63,200 nt of DNA, filler included, from Neolecta irregularis DAH-3 (GCA_001929475.1; 13 parts of 13 records of this genome joined end to end with filler, not necessarily neighbours in it); one strand, 5' to 3'. Positions 25,084 through 38,041 are shown, counted from the whole stretch's first letter. A program made the numbers and translations. Notes: generated from the letters alone by a model not told the origin.

Positions 25084-26053
25084 GAAAAAGAGCACAGAGA
25101 AGAGCTTAGCGGTATTTATAGGGCTGAGCCCGGCCCAGCATGGAAAACACAAGGTTCAGTACTGCAACTGGCGAGATAGCAAGCAGCGATGAGTCATGAA
25201 AGACTGGAAGAGGGAGAGAGATTGGGAAAGATGCAGCATAGTTAGAAACATCTTCCCACAGGACTTTCTTATACCTTGGACGTTGATCTGTGCATAGGTA
25301 GCGTAGAATCCACAGCAGCCACAGAGAGATGAGGGGTGAGCACAGCCTTGAAGGATGGCGATGGTTGACTGACTGCGGGCAGTGGTTGATTATGTAGTCA
25401 GTGGTTGATTAATTGCGGGAGCCAGTTTAGGTGCTGCTCGCAGGTGGGTGACCAGAGCAGCAATGCAGAGGAGATGCAGTGGGAGCTGGCCGAGTACTGG
25501 GAGGCTGAGACGAGGATGCTGGGCAGCAGACGGAGGGCTAAAAGCAGTGTGGCTGTGCAGGACTTGCTGCCGGGGGTTCAGAAGAGGCAAGCGAGTGCTG
25601 AGACACGGAGGATGTTTCATGGATGCGATTTGGGTGGTGAGCATGCAGCCTGAAGGAATGCTGCTTCAGTTGGGCATCAGGCGAGAGGCAGTCTCAGGGG
25701 CAGATCTGAACGGGACAAAGCTGGGCATCAAGCAGGGAGGGTGACGAGGTAGGGACTGGACGAGGTAGAGATGAGACGAGGTAGGGACAAGGTAGGGATG
25801 GGACAAGGTAGAGATGAGGTAGGGACAGGACGAGGTGTGGTAAGGGAGAACGAGGACCGGTGAGCCTGGATTATCCCGCCTCTACTACCGCTGTGATATG
25901 TTAATGGAGGGACTGGTATATAATCATGTATAATAGATAGAGAAGGAGGAAGGNNNNNNNNNNNNNNNNNNNNNNNNNNNNNNNNNNNNNNNNNNNNTTA
26001 ATTAATTAANNNNNNNNNNNNNNNNNNNNNNNNNNNNNNNNNNNNNNNNNNNN

Positions 26054-26494
26054 GTCGCAATTGCAGAACGCTTGAAACGAATAATCCTCCTGCGCATCTC
26101 GTCACTGCTCGCTTTTGTTTCCAGCAGTAGCATCGCGCTATGCGCCATCCGTGTGGCAGCCGCCTCGACTGGCCCGCCCTGACCCACTTCTGGCTCCACG
26201 AAATCGTCCACTAGCTCCTCCCAGACAAAGACTAGAAATGCATCTAGTAGTCGATTAGGAACACTGAGTGCTCAGACAAAGTTCATCTCTATTCCCGCCA
26301 TGGGCTATCCGCAGCGGCAGTTGCTGATCCTCGCTGCCTGCCGCCTTAGAGCCGATTGCCACGACCTCGGTGTTTCCATACCTGTTCTTTATGCTGCACT
26401 CGTTCCACTCGACCCGCGACGACCTGCGCATCGCCGTACGCTTCCGCTGCTGCTGATGCCGCAGAAATACGCGGGCCTGGTCGATCATCAACAT
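26054..26494 (-). CDS. Hypothetical protein, 5' exons (3' truncated)
   Basis: Two protein-like ORF fragments running into the linker; no family recognised. Confidence 0.3.
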
Positions 26495-26826
26495 AGACTT
26501 GAGCTACCTATCCCTGGCCTCAATTTTATCATTTCGGTACAACATTTGTATCAATACAAATTTAACTATTCAACACTAACTTCACGGTATTGAAATCGAG
26601 ACTGTTTATATAGAGTCTTGCCGTTGCTATTGTTTTTTTTCATATACCTCTTGTGACCACGCGAACTTGGATTTGGTGATGCGGAGGACTATGGCTTGGT
26701 ACCTCAAGTTATAGTACTACGTATAACGAATATCAAGTTAAAGTCTAGTCTGCTAATCAGGCTAGGCACTACCTATATACAGAATCAGCACATGTGCTAA
26801 CTACCGTCATCTGCCTGTCCGCCTGC

Positions 26827-28070
26827 CTATTCAAGTGCCGGTTGCGATGGCTGTGATAGCCCACGAATGCCATCTTTAATTTCCTCGAGCAATAAACGAT
26901 CATCTTCCGGGAAGCGCGTGAAGTGATTTTCAACCAAATCGATTTTGGACCCTGGATATAGGCGAGCGGATACTTCTTCGTCGTCGTCGTCATCATCTTG
27001 TGATTCATTTGTCGTAGTAGTAATAGGTCGAGGTGGTATGATTTTCATGTCATCTTGAACTGCAATTGCGCCCACGCCTTTCAGTCCTGCGATTCCGTAT
27101 CCCATTGCACCTAAGATCGCTCTGATCTTTGGCCCTATCAAGCCGATAGTGCCCAATCCCCGTTGTAAATTGCTGCCAGCGGAAGTATTCATCAAATAGT
27201 CAGCGTTGTCGTCGTCGACGTGTGACATATCGGGGGTCAGAGGGATCTCTCGGCCATTATATAAATTGGCATTGAAAACCCCGTCTCCTCTATTATTCAT
27301 TGTAGATCGGAAAGCAGTTGTTATCTGGTTGGGAAATGATTCTTCGGAAGAATGTTTGCCTTCTCCCCAATAGTTAGTCCAATGATCGGCTTCATTTCCC
27401 CAACGATTGCTTAGAATCCTTGTTACTTCGCCTGTTGTTATCCAATTATCTCTAAACTTGAACTTGATGAATTTGCAGTACGCAGTGTCATAATGTTGAC
27501 TGCTTATTGTTTTGCCAGTATTCACGTCTTTCAAATAGTGGGAAACACGAGGCATTAACTTGGTCATTTCTGAATCTTCCGGATACCATGACTTCCATGA
27601 GTTGCTGAAGCCAAGTGTGTGTATCATTTCGTGCATCAGCTTTTCAAGGTTAAGGTTAGTTTCATCTAAATCTGGCTGCATTAATCTTAGCATACTTTGA
27701 CCAGGTGAACATACGTTGTTCCAATCGATCCTAGGATTGAGCATTATCAAACTATCATATTCCATAAAAGGTGCTTGCAATGATTCGTATTCCCACGAGA
27801 AAAACATATTCTTCACAAGTGGCTGCGGATAGTATCTGGATCGTAAGAAATTTGGGATTTTGCAATGCACTATAACCTTATTTCATTGCCAAGATCCAAA
27901 ACAGGAATGAATGTACCACTGCTAGCCCTTGCAAGTTCTGAAATGTAAGGCAGAGTAGATTATGAGAGAGTACCGTTTGTATATCGCATATCTTCATTAA
28001 AAGAGACAAGCAATTTGATATTTTCACGAATCGAGACAACTTCTGCTATTCGCCTTCCAGCATCGTGGCA
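26827..28070 (-). CDS. Putative zincin metallopeptidase (5' truncated)
   Basis: YYPQPLVK, HEMIHTLGF (HExxH), downstream SHVD...DYLM and IGP...LGAMGY; upstream short exons splice in frame via GT-AG introns. Confidence 0.75.
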
Positions 28071-28170
28071 NNNNNNNNNNNNNNNNNNNNNNNNNNNNNN
28101 NNNNNNNNNNNNNNTTAATTAATTAANNNNNNNNNNNNNNNNNNNNNNNNNNNNNNNNNNNNNNNNNNNN

Positions 28171-28375
28171 TTTAATACTGTTATATTAATATACTTTTAC
28201 AAAATATATAGTCTCCCATACCCCATTACAACTAAATTATTATCACAAAAAAGCCATGACAAATGATTCGAATCTGATTTGTAACGAAAATTTCCAGATT
28301 TATGAAACTGAATCCAAATCCAGATTCGAATCAATGAATCTGTATCAAATCTGATACGGATTCTATACAGCACTG
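28171..28375 (-). mobile_element. hAT-like terminus inserted into gypsy RNase H
   Basis: Minus strand CAGTGCTGTATAGAATCCG... begins where pol similarity ends; it carries repeated GAATC/GATTC motifs and palindromes. Confidence 0.5.
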
Positions 28376-31211
28376 ATTGTCCTCCCCCACTTGCGACAAT
28401 ACTGCCCCAATTCCTATTGATAAGGCATCGCAGGTTAAAACTGAAGGTTTCCTCGGGTCATGTCTCGCAAGTAACGGTGGAGAAATTAGTGCCTGTTTAA
28501 GCTTCTGGAAGGCCACTTTCTGCAGCTCTTCCCACTTCCATGTTTGCTCTTTTCAAGTTAATTCCGAAAAGGGTGCTGAGATCATCGCGAAATCTGGAAT
28601 GAAGCATTGATAAAACCCGACCATGCCCAGAAACCTTTAACTTCGCGAATAGTTTTTTCTCACGAAGTCTCTGTAATATTAACCTTATATCCTTAGTATG
28701 CTGAGTTTGTGATTCTGAAAAAATCAGCGCATCGTCCATAAATACATTGCAACAGCGGTCCAACCCTACTAGTGCCCTATTCATCATTTGCATAAATGTA
28801 GCTGGTGCATTAGCCAAGCCAAATGGTAAGACTTTGAATTCAAAGTGTCCCATCTTTGTTTTGAATGCTGATAGTGGCACTGTGTCAGGGTGTAACCATT
28901 GCTGAAAGTATCCGGATGCCAGGTCAAGTTTTGAAAACCATCCCGCATTACCAATACTATTTAGCAGCTCAACGATCCTTGGTAGTGCCGTGTTGTTCTT
29001 CAGTGTGTTACTGTTTATGTCTCGATAATCAATACACATTCATAATTCACCCGATTTTTTCTTTATGAACAAACATACAGCCCCATAGGGTGATGTGCTG
29101 TGTTGAATAAACCCTTATTTTAACAGTCCTTCTATTTCTTCCCTCATCGCTGCCTCTTCGGCTATTGATAATTGAGGGATTGGTCTGTTCCGAGGTAACC
29201 TTGCAGGATCCAGTAATGCGATATGGTGGTCTTCTTCCCTCTTAGGAGGAAAGGGAAATTTCTCATTGAAGACGTCTTCGTATTCCATCAGTAAGGACTT
29301 CATTCCACTTGATAGTTGCTCTTGATTTTCTAGTGGCTGGGTTTTCTCTGCCACTGCCAGGAAAAGTTCATCCCTTTCCGATATCTCTGCCAAACTGCAG
29401 GTCATAACCTGATTACACGCGGAGTGGGTAATCAGGTCATGTCCTGCGATTTTGCATGCATTTCTGCGATAATCGATTATGGGTTGGAACCTTTCATGTC
29501 ATTTTTTCCCTAGGAGCATATCGCTTGCCCCTAGCTCGGCAACTTCAAATGAATCCATGAATGATAATTGTCCTTGTTCTGATGGAATCGAGACTATGAC
29601 ATAAACTAACGCCTGGGGTTGAGGTTTGACTTGCTCCTCTCTTTTGTCAGCCATTACTACCTTGACTGATTTCCCCGTTAGCTTAGTTTCGAGTCCATGT
29701 TCTTCAACGAACTTTTTCGCTATGAAATTATGTGTTGCACCGTCATCCTTTAGTGCAATGACTTCCACCTGCATTCTTTTTTGACTGATAGTACAGGGGA
29801 ATTTTATTAATCCTTTGCCGGATAATGCCACATTAACAATTTCGAGCAATGGAGAAGATTTTTGAGACATAATAGATATATTTCTATTGCTATCAGATTC
29901 ATTTATTGAGGGGGGATAGCTTCTCCGTCCATGCCCTCCTCCTCTTTTCCTGACTATACATTATTTGCTCATCGGTTTTTTACCCATTTGGGTTTTTTCT
30001 TCTTGTTCTCCGGGTGGTAAAACCAGGATTTCTTGATGTGTCCGTTACTCAACTTACACCAATTACAAAATCCTTTATTTTTAACTGCGTCAATTTCCAT
30101 TGGTGTATATCCCCCACTGGCCCCGTTTGAACTTTTCATCATCGATTTTTTCAACTCGAATTCTCGCGCAATTGTTATTGCCTCTGCAATTGTCACAGGG
30201 CTCTTGTCGATTAACTTTTCTTGACAACCAGGCATTGTCGAGAATGCGCGTATGAATCCATGTACTAAAACCGATTCGGGGTAGCTGACGCGAAGTTTAA
30301 GTCTTTGGAATGCCATTATGAAGCCAGTTATTGAACCCTTGACTTTTAATTCATCGAATGCTTGTTGTTGCTTAAAGAGGTATCCCTTCTGGATAAACTC
30401 GTCTCGAAAGATTTCGATAATTCTTTCCAAAGATCTGGCTGCCTCTAGGCTTGGCTTGTTAGCTCACCACCATTCCTTTGCATATCCCTTGAGAGATTCG
30501 AAGATCAAGCACTTAAATTCAGATATCTGGAACTCGTGTCCTTGCGAAACTTCAATCACGGAAAACCACCAATCATTGACGTCTTCTTTCCCAGAGAATC
30601 TGGGTAATTTTGGTACTTGTGCAGCACATTGTACAGCCAGCGTGGTAGATTTTGATGCCTCCGTAACCGCCGCAGCCACTGTTGAGGCAAATCGTTGTTC
30701 CAAGGCTGCTGCATTCGCAGCCTGGTACTCCTGTCTTCTGGTGATCGCTTGGTCAATGGCCGAAGCAACACTTGTGCTAATGGTAGCAGAAACCTGCTCC
30801 ATGATTCTCGCGAACATTTCAGGATCCATTTTCTTTGGGTCTTATTTAGGGAGTACTTTTATAGCGTGACCGACATGGTAGGACCTCCAAATGTAAGATA
30901 CTAGCTGCATCTGCCCGGTATCTTACACATCAGTACTCTTGTAATAAGACCTATATTTACCTTGCACGTCAGTATTCTTGTAATAAGACAAGGGTACTGG
31001 CGGCGCAAGTCTATCTACTTATAATATATTAATGCCACTAATTAGTGGCTACAGAATATACTGGAAGGGTCCGGAACCTTCCGGGGCCTTCTGCCACTAT
31101 ACCGCATTCGGTGTTCATTCTGACCACCGAAATGCGCTCCTTACACCTATCATCAAGTTCAATAGGGAATGGACTATCCCCCATCAAGGACCTACCCCCT
31201 CAGAGACCTAC
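28376..31211 (-). mobile_element. Decayed Ty3/gypsy LTR retrotransposon (partial 5' LTR, PBS, gag, protease, RT, start of RNase H)
   Basis: Gag with PMEID and degenerate zinc knuckle CNWCKLSNGH; protease ALKDDGATHNFI; RT MCIDYR, KLDLASGY, LPFGLANAPATF, FMDD; RNase H TCDA.SIGIGAVLSQ; several nonsense codons and a deletion. Confidence 0.95.
30877..30889 (-). promoter_or_regulatory. Primer-binding site complementary to tRNA-Gln 3' end
   Basis: TGGAGGTCCTACC lies 2 nt after the LTR end ...TATCTTACA; its complement GGTAGGACCT-CCA resembles eukaryotic tRNA-Gln 3' ends. Confidence 0.7.
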
Positions 31212-32057
31212 NNNNNNNNNNNNNNNNNNNNNNNNNNNNNNNNNNNNNNNNNNNNTTAATTAATTAANNNNNNNNNNNNNNNNNNNNNNNNNNNNNNNNN
31301 NNNNNNNNNNNAGAGAGGGAGGAAGCGTGTTGAGGATTAAGCGATGTGAGATGGCGAGGTAAAAGATTGTATTTCCGCCGAGACAAAAGATTGGCTCCTA
31401 GCCCTGATTGATAGAAAAGAGATGACCTTTTCCCCTTTTTTTCCTGCAGCGAACGTGAGCTACCTAGAGAAAGAACAAAATATTAGAGAAACTATATAAA
31501 GGAGAAAAGTAGAAAGGGTGACCTTGATGCCTGATGCTTATCATATCCTTGATGCGATGGCGTCTGAGATTAGGCCATTTCATTGGCTTCTTTGGTGGAC
31601 AGGCATTTGTTGAAGTAAATGTTTGGGTTATTGTTGTGATTTATATTGAGAGTGTAGGGTTTGAATGTGTTGAATTTGAGCACGGAGTAGGCAAAGGAGA
31701 GAAGGGGACAGACGATTAAGGGGGTTTAGGCTGCGAAAAGAGGGGACGAATGGCTAGTTCGTTCCAGAGTAGTCTATATCATGGGAGGAAGGTAGACTAA
31801 CGGAAAGGGGGGAGGTTGTAGGTTCCAAAGTAAAGGTGATATTACTTGAAAGGGGTTTGAAAAAGGTCATACATCCATGACACATTTATTAGATTTGGTA
31901 CTTATGGCATGTCCTTTTTCATCAAGTGTATTTATAATGACTACGAGTTCCAACCCTCGCTCAAAACACAAGACATCTTCTAGTTGATGAATTGTATTGA
32001 ACGATTGCAGGAGCCCACATCTACACGACTGCTTACATCATCAAGATATCGAGCAGC

Positions 32058-32821
32058 ATGATATACTCAAAATACTTTCTGGCTCTAATCTCTTGGGTAA
32101 TTCTCAGCATTGTCATACTCATTACGACAAAAAAGCTCTTTGAAACACCCAAAGTCCTCTCGACATTCACAAGCAACAGAACGCTCGGCTTTGGCGAAAT
32201 TTACGTGATTTCACTGCCTCATAGAACCGACCGCCAGGATGCAATGTTTCTGATGTCTCTCAACACTGGCTTCGATATTAAATTTATTGACGGGGTGGAT
32301 GGGGATGCTGTTGCTGACAAGGCCATACCTGGGAACACCAAAGAGGGTCTTAGCCCTTTACCTGGAGTCGTGGGGTGTTGGAGAAGTCATATGAATACAT
32401 TAAAAACGTTTCTGCAATCCGGAAAAGAGGAATGACTCCTTGAATGAAATGTATGCTGACTGGTAGACTGCATTAATTATGGAAGATGATATCAATTGGT
32501 CTTTTCGTTTAAAAGAATCTCTTTCAGCGATTGCCGTCAATATTAACCATCTTGAATCGCAACGGCTAGGCGATCAATATGTCTTTGACAGGAAAAATCC
32601 TTATACATTGACTTGGGATATCATTTATCTGGGTTCATGTCTTGAAAGCGTTCCAAAGAAGGATGTTGCCGCGACATTTTATGACGATACGGTTCCCTCG
32701 AGGGAAAATACCACCGAGCACTATCTTGCAATACTGAATCATTTTCGTGCTCCTCAAAAGCATCGCATAGTAATTGAAGCTCAAGCTCCCGTATGTACAT
32801 ACGGGTACTCTGTGACCCGTC
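32058..32821 (+). CDS. Glycosyltransferase family 25 (type II membrane; 3' truncated; intron 32430-32466)
   Basis: NRTLGFGEIYVISLPHRTDR.D, FIDGVDG, GCWRSHMN, |TALIMEDD..W, WDIIYLG.C, PVCTYGY.VT. Confidence 0.9.
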
Positions 32822-33668
32822 NNNNNNNNNNNNNNNNNNNNNNNNNNNNNNNNNNNNNNNNNNNNTTAATTAATTAANNNNNNNNNNNNNNNNNNNNNNN
32901 NNNNNNNNNNNNNNNNNNNNNTGCTAACATAAAATGATTTCTATCTGGCCATTTCTTTCATTGGTGAAGTATGCTGCACATACAAAGGTCATGTCGTATC
33001 ATCCTGATCTTGTGTCACGTGATCCGTGACAAATCTTGCGAGTGTAACTTTGAGCAAATGGCAATCCATTCACAATTGAACAACCAACCAACGTATTCAA
33101 ACGAAACAAACACTATCGGGATCAGAATTTAAAGGCAAAACTAATGGTCTGTCAACGAATTCAATACAAGAAAGTCAAAAGGGGACCTTTGAAGAAGCAT
33201 CACATGGAGGAAACTACCAAACTGCCATAAAACCTAGCAGCCTGCCAGAGCATTCTCCAGGCGGGTGGTTGGATCTCTTGGTGAAGGCGGGAGGCATAAA
33301 AATCCGGCCTGAGAGGTCCCACCCGCCAGTTCGTAAGCAAGTAAGCAAGCAAATTCAACTTGAAAGTTTTACTTATTAGCAAGTCTGATGACTACTAAGA
33401 AGTACTTCTGTCAAACAGCATTCTATTTCTAGGGTTTGCAGTAGACAATGAATTATTTCAATGAGTCGCATTTGAAATGCGTGAAAGATCCACTACACTC
33501 ATTCCACCCATATCTACAGAACTGATTCAATCGTTACATCAGAGTTGGGAGAGATCAGAGAATCAAGGATCATCTCCACAGAGATGAGCTTTATAAGGAG
33601 ATGCACAAATGCCCTGAGGTCCCCCCAAAGCGCCTATTGTATTCTCTGAAAATCTTTCAAACTTGTTA

Positions 33669-34264
33669 TCAACCGCGAACCCAAACGTTAAAGACCAGGT
33701 AACCTAAATGCACACAAGTAAGCATTGAACATCCCAGTGCTCCGTATAATCCCCACTCAGAGTACTGCTTGAACCATATCATCCAAAATCTTGGCCTAAA
33801 CCATCCCATGTTTGTAACCAGTTCTAGAAAGATGACTTTAGATATCCATGACATGCCGGTCAATAGGAAACTCAGACGAAGGGTGAACGAGGTCGACACA
33901 AATTTAAAGCCATCACCGAGGACAACATTGGAGAAGAGATATAATGGGAGGCTTGGCAGTAAACTGATTATGAACATTGGCTCCGAGGCAATATTGTGGG
34001 CCTAAGAGGTCAGCTATACTGGGAACGGGGCAGCCAGAATATGACATCATAGTAGAGTTTTCCATTTTGTAGATAATCGATATGCAATATCGAGAAAAGA
34101 GATATCCCGGGAGATTCGTAGACACTTGTTCGAAATATCACAGGGGTCGATGATTTTGAATGGATCTTATCAAGAGCGTATTCACGAGTTATGACCAACA
34201 AAGACTGAGATCTCTGGGAGTTAACTAGATCAGTAGATCGAGAGAAACGTACTGTGGTAGTCAT
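33669..34264 (-). CDS. Hypothetical multi-exon membrane protein
   Basis: ORFs 34010-34264 and 33669-33977 join in frame through a GTCATA...TTAG intron; hydrophobic second half. Confidence 0.4.
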
Positions 34265-34945
34265 TCTATTCGATTTGATGTTTCAATGATTCAGGAGATA
34301 TGACTGTTCCTAAAGCACGATTTTGACAAAATGCGTCATAAGTTGAGGCAGTTTGACGAAATAATACCAACCAGAAAGGTTACTGCAAGTGATAGTCAGA
34401 ACCGCTAGATGTTGGAGGAGACACTTCCGTTCCCAGGCTAATAGCGTCCTTCAAAGTCACCTGCAGCAAACATGAGGTCAGAATCCCTGTTCGAAGTCTT
34501 GATTTAAATTATAAACTCCAAAGATGATCAGTTTTGGACAGGATCAAAGCTGTCTCGTGGCAATTAACAGGGAATGAAGGACTGCGTGATTCAGGGTTGC
34601 GATATTGGGCCTTTGGTCCAGAAAATGATCATAAGAATAGAAAATCGTATCGCACCAGTCTGTTATCCTAGGATTTAGGGTTAGAGATATGGCTATCTCA
34701 GTTTCAAGATGTATCATACTCGCATGGCTCAAAATTGATTCACTGGGTGCTTAATCACGTACCACAACACCTATTTTGCAATCAAAAATCACTACAATAG
34801 CTGGGAACCCACGAAAAAACTTGATCGGTCCAATATCATTGACTCTTACAGAGAAGGATTATTTTCGGAAAACCCGCATTATATAATTGCTTTGTATTGT
34901 TAATAGAGAAATGACCAGGGAACCAGTTACAATCAATAATATACG

Positions 34946-35982
34946 TTAGCACGAAGTGCTCCCATTTTTCCACCCCTGATGTATCAGCCATATTAAAAGT
35001 CATACATACATCAATCGCGCCAAGCATGGAAATCAGAAATCCAAATACAATGCTCAATACCCCATATTGCCACGAATATCTCGACGTGAGTTTGTAGAGC
35101 TCTGCGATAAACGTTGAAATAGTTGATAAGCATCCTATAATCAGATCGCATAGGGAAAAAGATGGGAACCATCAAACCCATCAGATACCGCCAGGGTAAT
35201 TGTACACCCCACATGTCTGTGGCGAATTATAATCATCATTATTGAGAGTATCGTCGCAGATATGTTTGCAATAAAGGTACCGGTAGGGAAATTTGGGGTT
35301 CGCAAATTTAAGTGACCAAGCTGCCATCTTAGTAGTGCTCCTGTAGATGGAGATCATTTTCAAAACCTAGAAAGCACATACAAACCTGGTGGAGCAAGCA
35401 CTAGAGCCAGAGTAGCCTTTCTTTTCACGTTGAAAGCAGCTAGGATGGCAACAGAAATCCATACAACAAATGCAGAAACCCAAGGGCCGACGTGTCCAAA
35501 TTTTGGTATATCTGTGACTTTTGGAATCTTTCGACCGATGCAAAAGGCAGCGAAAGACGATAAAAGAGTTGTTGCGATGATAGAGACTGAACCCAAGGTA
35601 GCGTCTTTCCTTGACGTAGTCAAAGCAGCACATACATCGCCAAACATCCCAGAAAAGCTGGTCAAACTTCCGCAAAAACCCGTCGATAACCCCACTAAGA
35701 GTTCTTTATTTCTAGAGGTAAACTTAAAGCTAAGATGTAAGGGATATACGAAGGATTCAGAATGGAGAAATATCCAATGAAAAAACAGCCGATTATTTGA
35801 GGCCATAGGAGAGGAAATACGGGTTGGAAAGGGTAAGTCTGTAAATCCCGAAGCACGATCCTTATCAAGCAACCGAGAATTGCAAAGAAAATGATATAGG
35901 CGACAGATAAATGGACGATAGAAGGCTGTGGAGGTGGAACATCTTCCACAATCTCGGATTCCGTCGGGGATTCCATAGACAT
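34946..35982 (-). CDS. fex1: Fluoride exporter Fex1 (two CrcB/Fluc domains, multi-exon)
   Basis: ILGCLIR, GLSTGFCGSLTSFS, APPGALLRW, FPTGTFIAN, DGFDGCLSTISTFIAEL. Confidence 0.92.
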
Positions 35983-36418
35983 TTTTTATTAGAGTTTTAA
36001 AAGTGTCCGATTGGAAGATGAATGGAAAATATTATAAGGATGCATATGTGATGCAGAGATCAAAAGGAGCGAAAAGCTGTATAAACATGTTTCCTAGTCA
36101 AAGTTACAATGATAAATCAAATTACATAATATCAACCATAGAGAAGTAAAAGAGATGCCTATGAAAAAAGCGATGCAGAAAAGCCATTTATTCTTGTGAT
36201 ACCTGTATGTTGCCGCCTCATTCCAACTCCAGTCCGTCTAGATCACGGAGATTGTGGGGATCCCCGGAACCCCCACAGCCACCACGGACGGATAACCACC
36301 GCCACCGGCAAACGAACCNNNNNNNNNNNNNNNNNNNNNNNNNNNNNNNNNNNNNNNNNNNNTTAATTAATTAANNNNNNNNNNNNNNNNNNNNNNNNNN
36401 NNNNNNNNNNNNNNNNNN

Positions 36419-36617
36419 AATACTTCCTGATCCGGGCGGGATTGTAGTAATAGGAGTGTTATAGTGTACGCCCACAATGTCAGGTTCCATGTCTCTATAC
36501 ATTCTTATTATCTTACTTCCTCCCGCTTCAAAATTAACTCATTATAGGAGACAGGCTTGACCAAGAATGCTTCAGGCTTCTCCGTTGATAAAAAGTACTA
36601 GTTTGTACTAAACCACA
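36419..36617. repeat. Dispersed repeat of about 200 bp, probable solo LTR (copy 1)
   Basis: Near-identical to 47835-47985; the composite starts TGT (47826) and can end ACA (36617). Confidence 0.6.
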
Positions 36618-36812
36618 AGTTCGCACAATCTATTCTCCAAGAGTTATCCCTAGTTTAGGATCATTACTATTGAAACAACTGCCTCCAATCCTTCACCCAT
36701 TTCGTGCATGTCATTCTGCTGATACTTCCCTGCATACACCAAGAAATATACCATTTGCACACCCAAATACATATTGAGCTTTAATAAATTCAATCAAGAA
36801 GCTCAAGTCATT

Positions 36813-37727
36813 TCAGTCGGTATCCTCGTCCAAAGCCTCATCTCGATCCGAACCCCTTTCAGCATCCAACTCTTCCACTCTCTGCATATCGTGAACGGGC
36901 GCAGTCTCTTCTTCCTCACCAACACTTTCCTCGCCTTGTGATTCATCATCTTCTTCAGGCATATCAATCATGGTCTCATCAACGTCCTCGCAGCCATTCA
37001 AAGCATTGTCTTCGTCGATTTTGAGTTTCTTAGTTGGAGGGCTCGTATCTCCATTTATAAATCCCGCTTTCTCTTTTGCGTTTTTTTTCCAACCGGCCCG
37101 TTTTTCACTAGTTATTTGGGTGAATACTAATTATGTTAGATGTCTGTCATGGCTCGGTTTACCTTTTAGCTCCTTCTCTAACGCGGGCACGAATTGGCCT
37201 AGTTCAACTATCTCCATGGCTCTCAATACATCTTGAGGAGTAATAGTTTTTTTTCCAGACGATGTTGTATTATCGTTTGCTCTAAACAATAAATCTAACC
37301 ATCTTCAACAATTTTGAATACGTTGAAGCAATATAATTGATAAATACTGTCGCTGCTTTTTGCAGTGCTAGTACTGAATCCTTTTGAAGACTTGTGTTGT
37401 CAGGGAGAACACCCTTTGCGAGTCTTGTTACGATGGTTTTTGGTAAATTGAAATCCTAGAATTCAATAATTCACACGAACAATTATCGAGAACCTCCACC
37501 GATACTTTGCTTCTCGATTCTTTCGTTTTCTTACCCGACAGTGGTTCAGCAATTTCTTGCACGGGTGGAGGAGGTGGAAAGAATGAATCTGGAAGTTGTG
37601 ATTCCGGAGGCGCTTGGGGCAGCTCATGGTCTGTTTCTAAACGACCCCGTTCAGAAGATACAGCCATACCGGACATCGGACCAGGAGGGGAGGTTGAAAA
37701 GTTCATGATGGGTGGATTGTCACACAT
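36813..37727 (-). CDS. dpb4: DNA polymerase epsilon subunit D (histone fold), multi-exon
   Basis: EDFNLPKTIVTRLAKGVLP, ALQKAATVFINYIAS, KKTITPQDVL.A, acidic tail ending DEALD. Confidence 0.9.
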
Positions 37728-38041
37728 CGTTAGCTGGAAGAGATTAATGCGTGGAGTTGAGGTCAATCGAAACGGATGTCCGATACTACTACACAAGTGT
37801 TGTTGAATCTACCTGAGAGATTCACATGGAGCTTTCCGGAAATTTTCTCATTGTTCAAAAACAGAACAATTGATTATCAGAACAAACTATTCATTCAGGG
37901 TGCACTCGCCAGCCCCCATAAAAAGATATCATATTCTTTCATAGTGGCTGGTGAACTTACCCTTGAGATTTTTGGAACAAATATTTGGACATTTGGATGA
38001 AAATGGTGGCTGCTGAACACACACTGACTGGATCAGTATTC

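Noticed and set aside
29975-29981. A AAA AAC heptamer as the gag-pol frameshift site
   Set aside because: The -1 frame hits TAA within a few codons; the downstream SGKE site fits better
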